DNA from: Octopus bimaculoides
Taxonomy: Eukaryota
Assembly (NCBI RefSeq): GCF_001194135.2
Contig: NC_068990.1
Coordinates: 5,092,028 to 5,156,027, forward strand
Direction of reading: 5' to 3'
Length of the DNA: 64,000 nt
Positions 41,128-54,352 of the stretch are shown here, one piece after another (within the stretch, counting starts at the first letter, position 1; each line of letters begins with the position of its first letter). The position numbers and the translations under genes are program-made. Below the pieces are notes generated by a model. It made no database searches and was not told where the DNA came from. It worked only from the letters and a program-made list of their open reading frames with translations.

Positions 41128-41986
41128 CGATGTCAGATCAATAAGTATCTGCTCTGTTGTGATAGTAACGAAGCTAAAGAACAGAGAGTAAAGCCACTTG
41201 GCACAGATTGACCTTGAACTCTGCTGTGCAGGGTCACCAAGTTTTAATGTTCTAGCTGTTCAACGCGATGTGTGATCATCGCATTGACCATGACAGAGGA
41301 AGTTGAGTAGAAAATCTGCATCAAATCTTGCCAAAAGCTTGGTGATATCTGCTCAGAGGCCTATGCAAAGTTTCAGAAAGTTTGCATTGTTCTCGACACA
41401 ATCAAGGAGATCTTGTGCAACTGAAACCCGAGTGTATTTTTGGTCAACTGAAAACAGTTTTGGCACAAACTTCGCAGACACGTGTCTCATACCCAAATCT
41501 TTATTGATAATAGACTGAACTGAACCGTAACTAATCTGCACATCCTCTGATAACTCATGGATGATGATTTGACGATTTTCCCCTCAGAGCTGCATGCACA
41601 TCTGCAATGTTTTTCTTAGTTCTGCTGGTTGCAGGTCTACCAAAACATGTCAATATCGACATTTTTTGGCCTTCTTGGAGACATCTGAACCACTCATACA
41701 CTTATGTACAACTTATATACTCCTCTCCACACACTTACCGCAAATTTGCGTAGGCTTTTGAGCAGGTAACGCCATGACAAGTTTCTCTGTCATGGTCAAT
41801 GCGGCAATCACACGCTACATACCTTCTTTCCAAGCACTGTTGTAAACAGCAGAAGTGAGCTAGAAATTAAAACTTCGTAAGCCTGCACAGCAGAATTCAC
41901 GGTCAATCTGTACCGAATGGCTTCCCTCTGTGAGCTTTAGCTTCATTAGTATAGTAACAGTTTGGATATTTATTGATCAGACTTCG
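41128..41986. mobile_element. fold-back mariner derivative made of two inverted 5' ends
   Basis: TA flanks at 41126-41127 and 41987-41988; left arm is 5' end plus transposase start on +; right arm is 5' end plus transposase through ISYGSVQSII.KDLGMRHVSAKFVPKL...NFLK on -. Confidence 0.9.
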
Positions 41987-42669
41987 TATAAACAGCAGAT
42001 TTGAACGTGGCTCACTAACAGCTAATCTAACACCTCGTTCACAAGCTCATCTTCCTTTACAAAAAATGTCCTGCTCAAAAAAAAAAAAAAGATTTTGAAC
42101 TGAATATCCATTACTTCAAGACTCAGCTCCTAACTAATCAGCCAAGTTGTTTTTGCAAAAGCACATAATTGAACTAATAAATAATTCGATAAGTTAGATA
42201 GGATTTGCTGAAAAAGGTAATTAATTATAAGAATTTATAGAGAACAACATAGGATTGGAAGCATCAAATCAGGTAGAGATAACATTTGTTGCTAGCTAAG
42301 GTAATCAGATTATGTATGAGAATTTGTCTGAATTATTGGTGTTACAACTGTATAAGTAGCTTCAAAAGAAAGACAAAAGAAGAAAAATGACACTCGTAAG
42401 AATTTTATTAAAGCAGCAAGAAATGTGATAATCATTACTTATCTAAACACTATATCACAGTTTTCCAGATGGTAAAAGATATGTGTTCAAATAGAATAAT
42501 ATTGGATATATATAAAAGCTGGTAGACATAAAACATGAAAACAAATAGTTTATGCATTTAATTTTGCTAACAATCTTAAAAAGAATTTACATTTGTATTT
42601 GCCATAAGAGTAAGGTAGTCAGTAAGTTGTGTTTAACAACCCGTACTCTCCCTTATTAAGTTAGTGAGT

Positions 42670-42890
42670 AAGGTGACAAGCTGGCAGAATTGTTAGCAAG
42701 CCGGGCGAAATGCTTAGTGGTATTTTGTCTGTCTTCATGTTTGGAGTTCAAATTCTGCCAGGGCCGACTTTGCCTTTCATCCTTTTGGGTCAATAAATTA
42801 AGTACTATTTATCACTGGGGTCGATGTAATTGACTTTATCTCTTCACCGAAATTTGAGGCCTTTTGCTTCCAGTGGAAAGGGTTATTAAG
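42670..42890 (+). mobile_element. SINE family B (Deu/Nin-like core)
   Basis: AGCTGGCAGAATTGTTAGC head, GAGTTCAAATTC box B, GCCTTTCATCCTTTTGGGTCAATAAATTAAGTAC core. Confidence 0.75.
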
Positions 42891-43678
42891 TTACTGGCTC
42901 AGTCTCTATATTTGGCACTGAAGTCACTCATCTTTATGAAACTATGCATTAAACTCACTCATCTTTATGGAAGTACTTGAACTGAGATTGTGCAGTATGG
43001 TCTGGTCATCTCTGAGTAGTCTGTCAATTGTTCCATTTAAAAGATTTGAGAATAATAGCGAAACTTCTGAGCTCATGCATTACACCTTGTCTCCGTAAAA
43101 ACTCTCTGGGTCTCTTCCAGGATCATGGAATATCATATCAGGAAGGCAATGAACTCTTTCACATCATATAGAGCACCTGAACTATAAGGTAATCAACTAT
43201 ATTAGTGATCACTAAGTCCAAGACTATTACAATCAGGATAGAAAAAATTCTGTAATGAAAGCTTCTATAAAGCATAATTTAGAGAAATTTAGATCTTTAT
43301 GCAGTCAGTGAGTGTAAGCTTGTCATTTGAGTTAGTGTCTTATTTGTGACATTCAAAAGAAAGACATGCACTTATTCCTCAGATCCAGAGTTAAAATTTA
43401 TTCCACTTTCATTTCTCAAACTGTCTGGAAACTGAAGGTTAATAAAATTGACAACCTTCCTTTCAGTTGGAGTACTGCTGAAATTGAATGCATGTATGGC
43501 TATAAAGGTAAGAAATTTGCTTTGCAACTATATGGTTTTGGTTCTGATCTCACTGCATTACATCTTAGGAAAGTGTCTTTTAGTATAAATTCAAGTTGAC
43601 CAAAGCCTTCAGAATGAAAATTCCTAAAAAGACACTGTTAATGCCATCAGAGTGGTTGTTCCCATTTGTGAGACTCAC

Positions 43679-43785
43679 AACTTGGTCCTTCTATTGTTAG
43701 CTGAGTATCTTCTGTTACAAGACTTTGGATCAGGTATCTAATTGGAGAATTATTTACTTCATTCAGTCTGCTATTCTTCAACGCC
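43679..43785 (-). CDS. candidate 107-nt internal exon (phase 2 to 1), ALKNSRLNEVNNSPIRYLIQSLVTEDTQLTIEGPS
   Basis: Very strong acceptor CTTTTTTTTTTTCAG|, donor |GTGAGT; one frame fully open, other two stop immediately; no TE-like features recognised. Confidence 0.55.
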
Positions 43786-44592
43786 CTGAAAAAAAAAAAG
43801 GCATGTGTACTGATTTTTCTCATCTGATTAAGTCATGTAAAAAAACGAAAAACAGTATTGCAAAAGATTGAGAAATATTACTTGTGCTTGGCCAACAAAT
43901 AAATATCTTGATGCAGCCCTTCAAAATGTTAAGTAAAATGGCAAAATTCTATCCACATGTAGGAATATAAACAAATAACTATTAAAACGATTCCAGCTAT
44001 AAACAAGTTCATCACTCCTACCATCACCTGGTGAAGGTAGAAGAATGAAATAAAGATAAAGCATTTATGAAGTGTTAAGTTGTTTAAAATAGTAACCAAT
44101 TTAAATCAAAACAGAACCAAAACAACACTGATAGGAACACACTTAAGAAACAATGTTAAAAGATTCACAACTATTAACAATGGTGAAGATGAATAAGTAT
44201 TTGATGAATTAACATGTAATATTTAGTGAATGAAATAACAGAAATAAGACACATCAGCAATTGTGTACATAAATATAGAGGCCAGTATTTTAGGAGTGTG
44301 GGAAGATGACTGACTGGAAGAATTTGTACAACTTATTTGTTCTCTTAATACAATTCAGAACCTTTTCTGCATGGCAGCTGAGCAAAAGAATTTAGCAAAA
44401 TGTATCTGATAGACTCCATTGTGCAATGACTGCAGGAATGATTATTCCCCCTTGTGAGCTTTAGCTCTAGAAAGTATACTCCATTTAAGGCAGAATTAAA
44501 TTTTCCTTTAATATTGGTAATTATAGTTAGCTTTATCCTAGAACTCTTTTTGCCATATTTCAAACATTCTTCTTACCCTCACTTTAATTTCA

Positions 44593-44593
<1 letters not shown>

Positions 44594-44672
<79 letters not shown>
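44594..44672. repeat. (CT)n microsatellite
   Basis: Direct reading. Confidence 1.
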
Positions 44673-44675
<3 letters not shown>

Positions 44676-45204
44676 TTTCTCTCCATATTACCAGTTTGAT
44701 TCCTATTTAGCTTTTTTCATTCTAATACCCTACTTCTTCTCAGCTTTTCTCTTTTATTGATATAAATATAAAACCAATATAAATTTGATTTGGTTTACTA
44801 TTTATGAAACATAATTTCTTTGATGATGCTGAAATAACAGTAGCCATGTTGAAAGAATATGAATAAAACTATTTGTGTGTGTGTGTGGATACATACATAC
44901 ATATATATTTTTATTGTATTTGAAGTAAATTCGAACATTTAGTGTACATTCAAGTTCAAATTTTCAGTTTTATGAATTTTTACTGCTTTGCATAATTTTT
45001 GTTTCCTTAGCAAATCTTTGCATGGATAAGTACAATAGAGAATTGATAATTTTCTCTTCAAATAAATAGAGAATAAAATATGAGAAATTTGACAAATTGG
45101 TGAAGAAATTAATAACGATATAGTCAATCAGGTTTTGCCATTTGCAAAAGTTTCTATTTGAAATACGTCTCTTAGATAATGAAGACAAAAAACACACACA
45201 AAAA

Positions 45205-46113
45205 AAACTAAGAGTATGTCACTGGCTCAGTTATGCTTAATGACAAATAACCTATTAACCTAAATTTTAACATCATTTCTTTCAAAATAGTCACCTTGCA
45301 CAGTAATTCACCAGTCCCAGCATTCTTGTCACTCTTGGAATCTGGCCTGCAAGTTGTTTTCCATGAGTCAAGAACCCTCAATGATTCACTCTTGATCTTG
45401 ACAATGATGTTAAAACTGCAACCTTTGAGCTGCATTTTCATCTTGGGGAACAGATGGACGTCCGCAAATGCTAAATCTGGCAAATAGGGTGGGTGGGGAA
45501 GTGATACCATGTTGTTTTGGTGAGGAACATATGAGTGAGGAGTGCTCAGTGAAAAGGTGCATTGACATCATGAAGAAACCAATTCTTCGTGTTCCAGAAA
45601 TCCAATTGCTTTCACTAAATGTCCTCCCTCAAACACTTCCAAACGTCATTGATTGTCGTCCAACGATGCTCATGCACAAACTGATGAGTTTTCTCCACCT
45701 TTTCCAGGGGTGATGCTCATGGCAGGTCTTCAAGATCGCTCATCATCTTCCAGGGAGATTCTTCCACTTTTGAAGTGCCCATGCCACTTGCGAAATTGCA
45801 TACAACCTGTTGCCTCATTGGTGCAAGCTTACTGAAGTATGCCCAATGTCTCTGTAGCAGACTTCCCAAGTTTAACACCAAATTTCATGTTGGCTCTTTA
45901 TTCCAACTTCCTATCCATGACAAAAATCACAGACTACAGCATACACATGATCACAAGAACACAAATTTTACAACTTGCAAAGTAAACACAGTAATGTTAC
46001 TTGGCACATTGCCTCATGAAAGTCACTGCTAGCTGTTACTCAGCAGACAGTCATGTGCTGCCATCTGTTAGTGCACTACAAAACTAGTTTGGAAACTTTT
46101 TAATAGAACCTTG
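45205..46113 (-). mobile_element. internally deleted mariner transposon
   Basis: 5' TIR (minus CAAGGTTCTATTAAAAAGTTTCC) next to TA at 46114-46115; C-terminal PHPPYLPDLAFADVHLFPKMKMQLKG (YSPDLAP motif) and WFLHD.NAP; central region with the first catalytic Asp is missing; 3' TIR not recognisable. Confidence 0.85.
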
Positions 46114-47355
46114 TATTTTTAATTATGAATATTACACTGACCAAAAGTCATTTGTAACATTCTGTATGTAAAATTCCTTCTCAAATGACCAAGCAATCTG
46201 TATAGACTATACTATGCTGAAGAAATCTAACAGAACACCAAAATATATCCATAGTTGTCATTTGTGTGCAAAAGAAGCTCAAACTTCCCTTTCTAGAATG
46301 TGAATTTAAGTTTGACAGAATTTATTTCTTGAAAGTATTTCCTCTTTTCTTTGAGAGTCACTAAAATTATCCATAGGTTTTTATTCTTGTTCTCCAACTA
46401 AGAAGAAAATTTTCAATAACATTCAGTACATTTCACTTTCACACATTTTCTGGTAATTTAATTATGCAAAACGTTTCTCTCACTGATCCAGAAACACATC
46501 AATAAATATTATGAATTCAGCTGGTGTTCAAAAGACTATGCAAAATTAAGCTTCAGTGGCTTGCTTAAAAATAATATATGCAAACATTCTATGCTAAAAT
46601 TCTTCATTCTAATTGAAGATTTGAAACCTCAATGTGTCTAACATCTACGATATGGAGCTGTGTCCACTCTAAAGGTGTCTCAAAGGAGCACAGTATAAGC
46701 TATGAATTTAAAAGATGGCAAAATATAGCCCTTGTGACATAATCATTTAAAACTCTAGTCACCCATAGAGCAATTTGATCTAACATTCTGCTATGGAACA
46801 TGGCAATTGTTAGCAAAATTCAACAGGTAAAAGCAACATGGAGGAAACAGCTTATTTAGGAGCAACAAAAAAACTAAGATCAGTAAAAGACTAAGTAAAA
46901 GTCTGAATGATGATGATGTGTAAGTAGTGAGGTAATATCTCACAATGCTGAGCATGTGTCTAACCCAAGCAAGCATAGAACAACAGATGTTAAAACGAAT
47001 GATGATGATATATAGAGAAAAGCATTTTTATTGACATCTTTATTAACCATATTTTAATATAAAAACTAAACTACACTTTCTAGAAAAAAATAAATTAAAT
47101 ATAAAATAGATATAATGCTTAACATGTCTATATGTAAAAAAAATTAATTCAAACTAGTATTACTATTGGAATTCTATTCTTTTTCTAGAAGAATGAATCA
47201 TTCCTATGAAAAGAAATAATGTGTTGTCAAAAAATATTGATGGGAAGACAAAAGTTTAGCCTTCTGGCCATGACTGTACTTAATGTAAAAAAATAAACCA
47301 TCTTATAAAATGTATATTTTCTACTGGGGAATAAGTATTGATTCCCAGTAGTAAA

Positions 47356-47396
<41 letters not shown>

Positions 47397-47445
47397 TATA
47401 TATGCATACACATTTTCTTTTGATTGAACCAGAAAGAATACATAC

Positions 47446-47533
47446 ACACTAGCATATATCAACTGGAGTGAAAGGCATTTTACACATATATTTAGATAAT
47501 CATAGATGCATAAAGAGAAATACACTTGTGAAT
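47446..47533 (-). CDS. weak candidate exon (phase 1 to 2), SQVYFSLCIYDYLNICVKCLSLQLIYAS
   Basis: Good acceptor TTTCCATTTTTAG|, donor |GTATGT; phase fits upstream of the 43785 exon, but composition resembles AT-rich noncoding DNA. Confidence 0.22.
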
Positions 47534-47817
47534 CTAAAAATGGAAATTACAATGCATATCCTTTGAAATCAAGCCCAATAATTACATTTTATCAATAATC
47601 TTGTTTTTATGTTTCAAAAGAAAGTTTTTAACTTTATAAAGCAGTAGTTCATGATTTCAGATGTTCTAAATATATATAAATTTTATACTGCCATATTCAT
47701 TATCCTGAAGTAATCAATATTAATTTGCTTTAATGAGATAATTAAACACATTTATATCAGAAATATAGTTACACATCCACACACACAGAAAATCATATTA
47801 AAGCATTTGATACACAT

Positions 47818-47866
<49 letters not shown>

Positions 47867-48114
47867 TGCACACATGTGACCACATGTGACCAAGGATAAA
47901 TTGTCTTATATACTATATTGTTATATAGCTTTAGTTAATGATACTTAGTGAATAATATGTGCTGGCACCAACTATCCTGTAGTATAATTTTGCTTGAAAA
48001 GCAGATTGTTAATGGAAATATCAGGATGACCCCAGCTTGCCATCTTCATGCTCTTAACTCTAACATACAGAGAAGCATAAAATATATGAACAATGATTTG
48101 GCTAACTTTTCAAC

Positions 48115-48320
48115 CAGTGGTTTTCAACCAGGGGTCCACATGACCCTTGAAGGTCCATATAAGACTTTTTGTTAGAATTTATGTGCAATAAATTGGTTAT
48201 ATTTCTAAAAGCACAAAATATTTTTACGAATTTTTTTAATACAATCCCTAAAATATTATAAGGATTATTTTAAACATCGAATAGCTGTAGAATTAGGCAA
48301 AAAACGGTTGAGAACCACTG
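48115..48320. mobile_element. hAT (Charlie-like) MITE
   Basis: TIRs CAGTGGTTTTCAACC / GGTTGAGAACCACTG; flanking 8-mers TTTTCAAC and CTTTAAAC (6/8 match) as a decayed TSD. Confidence 0.8.
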
Positions 48321-48414
48321 CTTTAAACCATTATATAGAAAAATGCACAAATGATGTCATATTTACATTCTTCTGTAAAATTGTGTTAACTGAAATTGTT
48401 TGATGGAGTATTTC

Positions 48415-48465
<51 letters not shown>

Positions 48466-48573
48466 ATTGTTGTTGTTGTTGTTGTTGTTGCTGTTGTTTT
48501 TACCTATTTCTATTCTGACATGGCTTACATGAGACTTAAAAAGGTTAGTAATAGGAAAAGCATTTGGTCATAC

Positions 48574-48683
48574 AAAATTCATCTCAATTTTTGAAGTAAA
48601 GTAGTTTTTTTCCTCTGATCTATGCTCATCACTGAACAATGAGACATTTGTTTGGTGAAGAGCAGATATGTCACAAACTTTTG
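48574..48683 (-). CDS. candidate exon (phase 1 to 0), KVCDISALHQTNVSLFSDEHRSEEKNYFTSKIEMNF
   Basis: Acceptor ATACCATTTCAG|, donor |GTATGA; open frame in a unique island between repeats. Confidence 0.33.
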
Positions 48684-49494
48684 CTGAAATGGTATTAATA
48701 AAGACATGTGGAATGAACACACACACACACATGCACACCGAGCTCTCATACACTTTATGTCCATCAGTTCCACTCACAAAGCTATAATAGAAGCCACTTG
48801 CCTTAAAAACCTCGCAATGAGACTGAAGCTGGAATCACAAGATTATAAAGTAAGTTCTGTAACCGCACAGCCATGCTCACATCTTTAAAGAAATAATTTA
48901 AGAATTCTGTAAATAAACAAAGAATTAGCATGGCCTGTGAAACCCAAGTTAATGGATAAATTTCATAATGTTAACTTTCCAACTCCTGCAGTCTACTATT
49001 AAGTTAGAATCATATTTGAATTTCAATAATACCTGGATATTATGATATTAATTTATAATATATATTTCCTAACATACACACAAGGCCATATATTTAAGTG
49101 AGGGGTGTATCTGATTAAATTAACCTTAGTAACTTTTGGTCACAATGATAAAATGTCAAGTAAATTTTGGTAGGATTTTGACACAGTGTAAAGAAATGCA
49201 ATTAATTATTACAATGCATTTTGTTCGTTGCTCTACTAATTCTGCAAACACACCATAAAAATAATTCTCTAGAAGGCACATAGACAGAAATTTTGGGGCA
49301 AGAGGGCTAGTCAACTACATCAGTTCCCAGTGCTCAACTGGTACTAATTTTATTGATAGCTAAAGAATGAAATATAAAGTCAATCCTAGTGACATTTGAA
49401 CTCAGAACTTAAACCTAGAAGAAATGCTGCTAAACACGTTGTTGTGTATAGTAACTGTTCTGCCAGCTCACCACCTTAATAATGATAATACTCT

Positions 49495-49706
49495 TTGTAC
49501 TCTTTTCCTTGTTTCAGTCATTTGACTGTGGCCATGCTGGAGCACCGCCTTTAGTCGAGCAAATCGACCCCAGGACTTATTCTTTGTAAGCCTAGTACTC
49601 ATTCTATCGGTCTTTTTTGCTGAACTGCTATGTTACAGGGACGTAAACACACCAACATCAGTTGTCAAGCGACGTTGAGGGGACCAACACAGACACACAA
49701 ACATAT

Positions 49707-49739
<33 letters not shown>

Positions 49740-49911
49740 CATATATACGACGGGCTTCTTTCAGTTTCCGTCTGCCAAATCCACTCACAAGGCTTTGGTA
49801 GGACTGAGGCTATAGTAAAGACACTTGCCCAAGGTGCCACACTGTGGAACTGAACCTGGAACCATACAGTTAATAAGCAAGCTACTTACCACACAGCCAC
49901 TCCTACGCCTA
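49495..49911 (-). mobile_element. full-length young SINE family A
   Basis: Head TAGGCGTAGGAGTGGCTGTGTGGTAAG (box A-like), GGTTCAGTTCC (box B-like), internal (TA)/(GT) tract, tail GACTGAAACAAG..AAAAGAGTA; assignment to the published octopus OK/OR1/OR2 families not verified. Confidence 0.9.
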
Positions 49912-50198
49912 TGATAATCGAGTGAGATCGTTGCCAGTGCCCCTGGACTGGCTCTTGTGCGGGTGGCACATAAAAGACACCATTTCGAGCGTGGCCGTTT
50001 TCGTGCGGGTGACACGTGAAAGCACCCACTACACTCTCTGAGTGGTTGGCGTTAGGAAGGGCATCCAGCTGTAGAAACTCTGCCAAATTAGATTGGAGCC
50101 TGGTGTTGCCATCCGGTTTCACCAGTCCTCAGTCAAATCGTCCAACCCATGCTAGCATGGAAGGCGGACGTTAAACAATGATGATGATGATGATGATG
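49912..50198 (+). mobile_element. young RTE 3' fragment
   Basis: Near-identical to 36757-37033 (ORF track gives the same antisense peptide); (GAT)n tail. Confidence 0.9.
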
Positions 50199-50395
50199 AA
50201 TAATGATAATAATTATTTCTACTACAAGCAAAATGCCTAATAGTTAGGTAGTGGGACTAGTCAGTTACATCGAGCCCAAGGCATTGGAACTCAGAATGTA
50301 AAGCTGGCATTTTAATGATTCTGTCAGCTCATCATCTTTAATAACAATGACTTGCATTAACTTGCAAATACACATGATATGTTCTTCAACATCAC

Positions 50396-50435
50396 CTGAG
50401 TTAATATAATTCATTTTCTCAAGTCTCTTTAGCTC
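50396..50435 (-). CDS. candidate exon (phase 0 to 1), ELKRLEKMNYINS
   Basis: Acceptor TTAACAGTTTAG|, donor CAG|GTGATG; frame stays open beyond this, so the 3' boundary is uncertain. Confidence 0.3.
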
Positions 50436-52426
50436 CTAAACTGTTAACATGACAAAAATTACAAATCAGGATCCATGTTCTTCAGAAATGCTTAAATAGT
50501 GTCAACAATAAGTTCATGATATAATTTATTAGCACATGTAATTGCCAATTAAAATAGGAAAGTATTATGATTGTAATATTGTTGTTTTGACTGGAAATTC
50601 AAAGAACAACCTTCTTAAACCAAAGAAGAAACAATACAAGAATTTGAATTGATATTCTTTGACAAAAGCAGCTGCCCAAAACATTAGGATTCTTATCAGA
50701 TTATGGCTGGTTAATTTATTCTACTTTGTGACTTGAAATAAGTTTGTGAAACTAAATTAGCTACAATGACGAAACAAGCTTATCAGTTTCAATAAAGGGA
50801 ATAAATTTTAATTTATCACTGTAACATATATTTCTAAAACTTATTTTAATTTATTTGCTTTAACTTTTTTTTCAGGTTTTAGTAATCTATTTCTAATATT
50901 TATCTATCACTATTTTATAGTTATTAGAATGGAGAAAAAAACACATTACTTTATTGTATTAGGATCAAATAATTTCTACTAAATGGTTCCTTTGGAATCT
51001 CACTCACCAACACATGGTTATGTAGCTAAAATAAGCTATTAAATAAAACATAATGTCTGTTTCACATTGACTTTGGTTGTCAATGTGAAATCAAATTTTT
51101 ATTACATCAGAGTCTTTCAAAGCATGAAGACAATATGACTTTGAAGATTACTCAGAAATGAAATATTTGTATGCCTGCCACATATATTGGTATCTTCTAA
51201 TCAATTTTTTATGACTCATTCAGATTGTAAGGATCAAGCTATGAGCTAAACAAATCAATGGTAAGAATCATTTGTGATGTTGCATTTACAAAAAGTTCCA
51301 TAAGTTTCTTCAGTAATTTCTAGGGGAAAAGATGACAAAAAGGTTAGCAAAATCTTGTTATGAATATTCAATATAGAGAAATGAAATAGCAATACTTAAA
51401 TGTAAAAGACTAGAACACAGCACAATAGGGAAGCTAAACTGTTCAAACAAAATCAATGGTTTTCCAATTCATGTGTGGCATAGATATACCGAACTTGAAT
51501 AAAAACTGATAGCTTTAACATTCAGTAAAGCTTTTACAAAAGAGTAGGATAAAAGGTATTAGAAGTAATGTGATATATTTCGGGTAGTTTCTTACAAAAT
51601 GACTGAAATAGAAATTATAGCTTTAAATAATGTTTATAGTTGAAACGCACACATTTATCATTACATGCAAATACATTGGAATATTTAATCGCACAAAAAT
51701 ATCAATACACCCATCTCACAGACACAGTATCACAGTATCCATAAACTATCATAGATTTAATATCTGCTGCCATAGGTTTGATAGGTCTGTTATAGATCCA
51801 TGCTCAATATCCATCAATCCCATTTCATTTAATATGAAAATTCAAACATTATAAGAAATACTCTAATTACATTTTCTAGGGTTTTCTAAGTCTCTGTCTA
51901 ATCTATATAAAAACCACAACTCACTAAATTTTTCTTGATCCTAACATTCTTTTCACAACCAGAATAAAATACAAGTCAGGATATTGTTTAATGTGAATCC
52001 CAACTTACTTGATACATAATCAATAGAAATATCTGATTTGATATTAAGCAAAAGGCTTGTAAGTATTTTAATATATTTACTATAGCCATAAAATCTAAAA
52101 GAAATTGTATCAGTATCTATTTATATGTGTAAATTTGATTTTAGTGTCTCTAATTTAAATTTTCATATAATTTGTAACTGAGTCACATTCTTTTAAAAAA
52201 TTTTCTCAAAATTTGAAGTTTTTGTATGTTTACTTAGTTGTCATTAGTTAAAATAATAGAGACTTCCTAGTTTTAAATTTCTGAAATACATGGTGTAGGC
52301 ATTAAAGTAACTGCTCAAATACAGGTAATGAAATCAATGACAAATAAGTTTTAAGTTGTTATGGGAATTTTAGTAGCGGTACACAATGAAAAACTGTCAA
52401 ATGCAAAGTAGGTATTTATTTGTTAC

Positions 52427-52468
52427 ATAATTCTTCTGAGCCACCTGGTTTTACTTGATGGAATAAAC
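52427..52468 (-). CDS. candidate exon (phase 1 to 1), LFHQVKPGGSEEL
   Basis: Acceptor CTAATTTAG|, donor |GTAACA; moderate signals. Confidence 0.28.
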
Positions 52469-54229
52469 CTAAATTAGATTTTATAGCTTATACTTTGAAC
52501 ATATACATTAGCCTTTTACTTTATTATCGACTATTTTGTAATTTCACTTACTGTGCTTTTGCAGTGGTTGATATAAAATAAATTCTCGTAAAATTTCATT
52601 TATTGAGATAGCAGCTAATTATACCCAAATCTACTCAAATACTTTCATGGTACAATTAAATTCCTGCCACTTTCTTTCTTTCATAGCCTGAATCAAGTTA
52701 CTTCTTACTTTTAGCTCACTGTCTACAACAGACCGCTCTTTCAGTTCCAATATGTGTACGCTCTTGTTTATTTTTGCTGGTTAGCAATCTACCACACTGA
52801 TACTTCTGTTTGTTTATATCATCAAGTTAAAATATAAAAACCTTGTGATTGACATTATCCCTTGCTTTTTATCTTTTACTCAGATACACGACCCTTATCC
52901 TTTCAGCATAAAACATCTTGTCAATTAACCTTCCATTGAAATGTTATTTGCAATTTATGTAATGTCTCTTTACTTGATAAAGTGAAGTGCAACTGACAAG
53001 TTCTGAAGAACAGAAACACAGGTATTGAATCTTAAGTATGTAAAATATTTACAGTAAGGATGATAAATAAAAAAAAGATTGATATAGCGAAAAAACAGAA
53101 AGAAATGAAAATTGATTGTCAGGGAACAACTGAGTTACTGGATAATAGATTAAGAAAGTTCTATCATCAGAAGTAATTATGATTCAGTGAGAAATATTTT
53201 GATTGCAATGATTAACGTCCATCATATACTATAGAAAATAAACTTTGCTAACAGATTGCCCTCTTGCTTGCAAGGAAAGATCACATTTCCCCTAAGCATA
53301 TAAATTAATTTTGTGAAATTAAATCTAAATTTCTTAGAATAATCTCCCATTTTCTTTAGGAGTTGCTCACAATTACTGTTAAAATTTGATTTCTTTCTGT
53401 AACTAAGCTGGAAATTTCAATTAATTGGGAATTTTTTCCATGCATTATTCAAAACATCACTCTTTAACTTATCTAAATTCCTATCACAAACCCACTTAAA
53501 GTCTTGCTGTTTGCTCATTTTACATTTTTATTTTGTATTTCACATATAATCAAGAATTTTGCTATCATTAAATAGAATTCCATTGGCTGAAGACCTTGTT
53601 CCAAGAGAGATGAATAAGTATTAGGCATGATAAGTTTAGTAGAGTATAAAAATCATTTTGAAAACAGATTTTCAATCTTCGTAATTGGATTTCTATACTA
53701 TCTGTAAATGGTTGTACCAATGACATCACCACCATTATATTAAGCCCTAGGATAATGATTAAAAGTTTTCTCTCTTCTGTTTCCTGAGAACATGTCTTAT
53801 TCTCTGTAACAAAGATGGACAAGACAAATGTGGTGGTTGCTCTGACTTTATGAAATTCTGTCCTTTTATCTATCAAAGAAGCAGTCTTTTAATTCTAATA
53901 TATCATTGTGTAGGTAGTCTACAGGTGTAGTGTGAATGTATGCAGCTTGCAATATAGCAAGCATCCAGTTATAAAAATACTTGCTCTCAAGTTAGAATAC
54001 AAAGAAATGGATGCAAAACAGTATATGCCTACCATTTACTTCTCTCTTATTAAATAACAAAAGACTTAATTAATATTTTCCTTACAATATAGCTTCACAA
54101 TATTTCTAATTCTCTAACTAAGAATTTTTTTAAGCTACAAACATTTAGAAAATAGAGATTTGAAATGAAAATGTTTATATCATATAAGACAAACTAACAT
54201 CTTAGAAGCTTTTAAGATTTATGAATGCA

Positions 54230-54260
54230 TATATGTATACATACATACATATCCATATCC

Positions 54261-54352
<92 letters not shown>
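54230..54352. repeat. compound (ATAC)n-(AT)n-(ATGT)n microsatellite
   Basis: Direct reading; quasi-palindromic arrangement. Confidence 1.

Noticed and set aside
43467-43507. Plus-strand exon-like segment with AAG|GTAAGA donor (similar case at about 33666)
   Set aside because: Isolated; no chain of plus-strand partners, and antisense to better candidates
52706-52773. Minus open frame KINKSVHILELKERSVVDSELK with |GTAAGA donor
   Set aside because: Phase would fit the gene model, but the acceptor has no pyrimidine tract; may be TE debris
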